In this document: positions 61,081-64,000 of the stretch, piece by piece
Numbering within the stretch: the first letter of the stretch is position 1
How the letters are laid out: the number at the start of each line of letters is the position of its first letter
Source: Centroscyllium fabricii
Lineage: Eukaryota
Direction of reading: 5' to 3'
Assembly: GCA_051313645.2 (NCBI GenBank)
Contig: JBNRSN020000027.1
Location: forward strand, 53,320,001-53,384,000
Length of the DNA stretch: 64,000 nt
The notes under the pieces: model-generated
Database searches by the model: none
Seen by the model: the letters and a program-made list of their open reading frames with translations, nothing else
Told to the model about the DNA's origin: nothing
Made by a program: the position numbers and the translations under genes

Positions 61081-61451
61081 TGCTGTTTGCAAGGAAACAT
61101 ACATAGTTTTTGACAGGCTGTCTCAGAAGGATTCTGCCCCCTTTAAACTCACCCCTATTGAATGGATTTTCTCTCCATTTCCATGCTGCATGTGGCCACC
61201 TTGTTTAAATTGGGCCAAATTTTGCAGGTGAAGTAACATGCGCATGCCTTTATTAATGTGCAAATCGACCAACAATTTGTGGCAAGGAAGAGATACCCCA
61301 TGAGTTGCGAATCGCCACAAATGTTTGGACCGTTTACGCGAGAAGCCACGCTCCAGTAAATTCTGGGCCATTATGAGTTTCTGGTCAGCAAGCCAGAAAC
61401 TCTGCTGCATAAATAAGCCCTTATGAAACTTTAACCATTTCTGAGTCAGTA

Positions 61452-62360
61452 CTGGGTGGGCGTGTGTGCTGCGAGGAGGATACCGAGAAACTCCAGGATG
61501 ATTTGGACAGGCTGGGTGATTGGGCAGAAGCGTGGCAAATGCAATATAACGTGGATAAATGCGAGGTTATCCACTTTGGTGTCAAAAACAGAAAGGCAGA
61601 CTATTATCTGAATGGCAATAGATTGGGAGAAGGGGAAGTGCAACGAGACCTGGGTGTCCTTGTGCACCAGTCGCTGAAGGTAAGCACGCAGGTGCAACAG
61701 GCGGTGAAGAAGGCAAATGGTATGTTGGCCTTCATAGCGAAAGGGTTTGATTACAGGAACAAGGATGTCTTGCTGCAGTTGTACAGGGCCTTGGTGAGAC
61801 CACACCTTGAGTACAGTTTTGGTCACCTTATCTGAGGAAAGATGTTCTTGCCAATGAAGGAGTTCAGTGAAGATTCACAAGGCTGATACCTGGGATGGCA
61901 GGAATTACGTATGAGGAGAGATTGGGTCAATTGGGGTAATACTCACTGGAGTTTAGAAGAATGAGAGGGAATCTTATAGAAAGTTATAACATTTTAAAAG
62001 GACTGGACAAACTAGATGCAGGAAGAATGTTCCCGATGGTCGGAGAGTCCAGAACAAGGGGTCATAGTCTAAGGATAAGGGGTAAGCCATTTAGGACAGA
62101 GATGAGGAAGAATTTCTTCACCCAGAGAGTGGTGAACCTGTGGAATTCTCTATCACAGAATGTAGTTGAGGCCAGGTCATTAAATATATTCAAGAAGAAG
62201 TTAGATATATTTCTTAGAGTTAAAGGTATTAAGGGATATGGGGAGAAGGCAGGTATGGGGTGCTGAGTTTGGATGATCAGCCATGATCTCATCGAATGGT
62301 GGAGCAGGCTCGAGGGGCCGAATGGCCTACTCTTGCTCCTATTTTCTATGTTTCTATGTT
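61452..62360 (+). mobile_element. CR1 3' fragment
   Basis: LQDDLDRL...WQMQYN...; tail GGGTGCTGAGTTTGGATGATCAGCC...(TTTCTATG)n of the type found on the chimeric SINEs. Confidence 0.9.
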
Positions 62361-62844
62361 TACTACAGAATGCTACCAAGCTAAAGTACCCCCAATGATG
62401 GAATATCATAGCCCTGAAGAGAAAACCATTTGTTGTTCCTTCCAAAGCCTTGCAGATGCTTGGACCTGATGAGATGCGCCTACTCCACCAAAGTCCACCC
62501 TCTACAACATTGGGAGATGTGACCAGGCTGCTGGCCCAACATAAATCAGGACCAAAGGGCTACAAGAGTTGGCAGTGCTCCATTGTTCACTTGTCAGGAA
62601 CTCAAGAGCTGATGCAGTAGCACCTCAGCATTCTCCATTCATCGGAAAGGTCCGCATGGAATACTGGTCGTGAAATTCACACATTTCTCCTTGTCTTCCC
62701 TCTGAGACTCTCTGCCAAACAGTATCACCACCCGGACTTCTGTTTCTTTTCAAAGTTCAAAGGTAATCATTGCTTGGTGACCAAGATTCCTTGAGCAATC
62801 ATTACACTATGGCAAATCTCTGGTCCGTTGGTCTGGGAAAATAG

Positions 62845-63325
62845 GTGAAGGAGGAGACCATTCAGCCCCTCGAGCCTGTTCCGCCATTCAGTTAGATCAT
62901 GGCTGACCTGCACTTCAACTCAATTTACCGCCTTTGCTGCATATCCCATGATACCCTTACCCAACAGCAATCTATCGATCTCAGTTTTGACATTTCCAAT
63001 TAACCCAGCATCCACATTCTTTTGGGGGAAGTGAGTTCTAGATTTCCAATACACTTTTGTGTGAAATAGTGCTTGCTGAATTCACCTCAAAATGCTCTAG
63101 CCCTAATTTTAAGATTATGTGCTCTTGTTCTGGATTCCCCTACCAGAGGAAATAGCTTCCGACCTGTCGAATCCCTGAATCATTTTAAATACCTTGATTA
63201 GATCACTGCTTAACCTTCTAAACTCAAGGGAATACAAACCGTTTATGCAACCTATCCTCAAAACGTAACCCTTTGAGCCCCGGTATCATTCATGTGAATC
63301 TGCGCTGTACCCCCTTTCAAAGCCA
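62845..63325 (-). mobile_element. Older CR1 3' fragment
   Basis: Degenerate CR1 3'UTR and C-terminal coding sequence. Confidence 0.7.
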
Positions 63326-64000
63326 ATACAGGTTGAGCACCGGTAATCCGGCACCCGATGGTCCGGCACCTTCAGTGTTTCGGCACAAATCGAAACCGGC
63401 GGTCTTTAGTTTGCGGAACAGCCGCTCGGCGCCGTCACCGTTTCCTGCTGTAAAGCATGTAAATTTATTTTTCAAAAAATTTAATTTTTGTTTTAAATAT
63501 TTAATTAAATGCCATTTTAATTAATTTTAAATATGTGTGTATTTTCTGGGGTTTTCCAATTCATACTTACGGGGTTTCCATACATACGGAATACCGATAA
63601 GAATGAATGAGGATTCCCTTCTCTCATTCGTTAGGCCGACCCACGTGATCCCAGGGACGCTTGCGAACCGCCTGCACCCCGGGATACGTGGGCCTCTACC
63701 CGCCAGCACCCGGAGAGTCCCAGGACCGCGAATCTCTGTACCTTCCGGACCACCAGGTAGGCGGGCAATTTATTTGTGGAAGCCTCTGACCACAAATTCA
63801 GCCCCATCAATTATCTCTGCCATTCCCTCACTCAAGGTAGCTCTGCTCATGGCCCTGTCACACCTTGACGTTTTAGCCAGCGTATGCAAATTTGGCTAAA
63901 ACGCTGGGTTACGTCGGATACGTTATGGGTACGTTTTGCATACGTTAAGAGCACGCTGGCATACGCTGGCCATAAGTTGCATACGTCGTTGTACTCCGAG

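Noticed and set aside
63865-64000. CATACG/ATACGT-rich patch with a short inverted repeat
   Set aside because: Cut by the window edge; cannot be classified

Overview
Eukaryotic, repeat-dense vertebrate DNA, almost certainly from a shark or other elasmobranch, judged from HE1-type tRNA-derived SINEs and abundant CR1 LINEs. The only host coding sequence I can support is one 466-bp internal exon of SLCO3A1 (OATP3A1) on the minus strand (15136-15601). The rest looks intronic and is a nested mosaic of CR1/L2/Rex1 LINE fragments, SINEs, Gypsy LTR elements and solo LTRs, MITEs (PIF/Harbinger-, hAT-, Tc1/mariner- and Academ-like) and a ~4.1-kb array of a 20-bp unit. Most notable: (1) a Mag-type Gypsy element whose RT-RNaseH-integrase region is replaced by an apparently intronless OFD1-like fragment joined in frame to Gag-protease; (2) two families of small TSD-flanked hairpin retroelements carrying minimal hammerhead ribozyme motifs (Penelope pseudo-LTR-like); (3) a Gypsy lineage with no tRNA primer site, whose post-LTR sequence is complementary to its own poly(A) signal; (4) a tail-swapped chimeric SINE and a Rex1-tailed non-coding retroposon. 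All family assignments are by eye and from memory; no searches were run.
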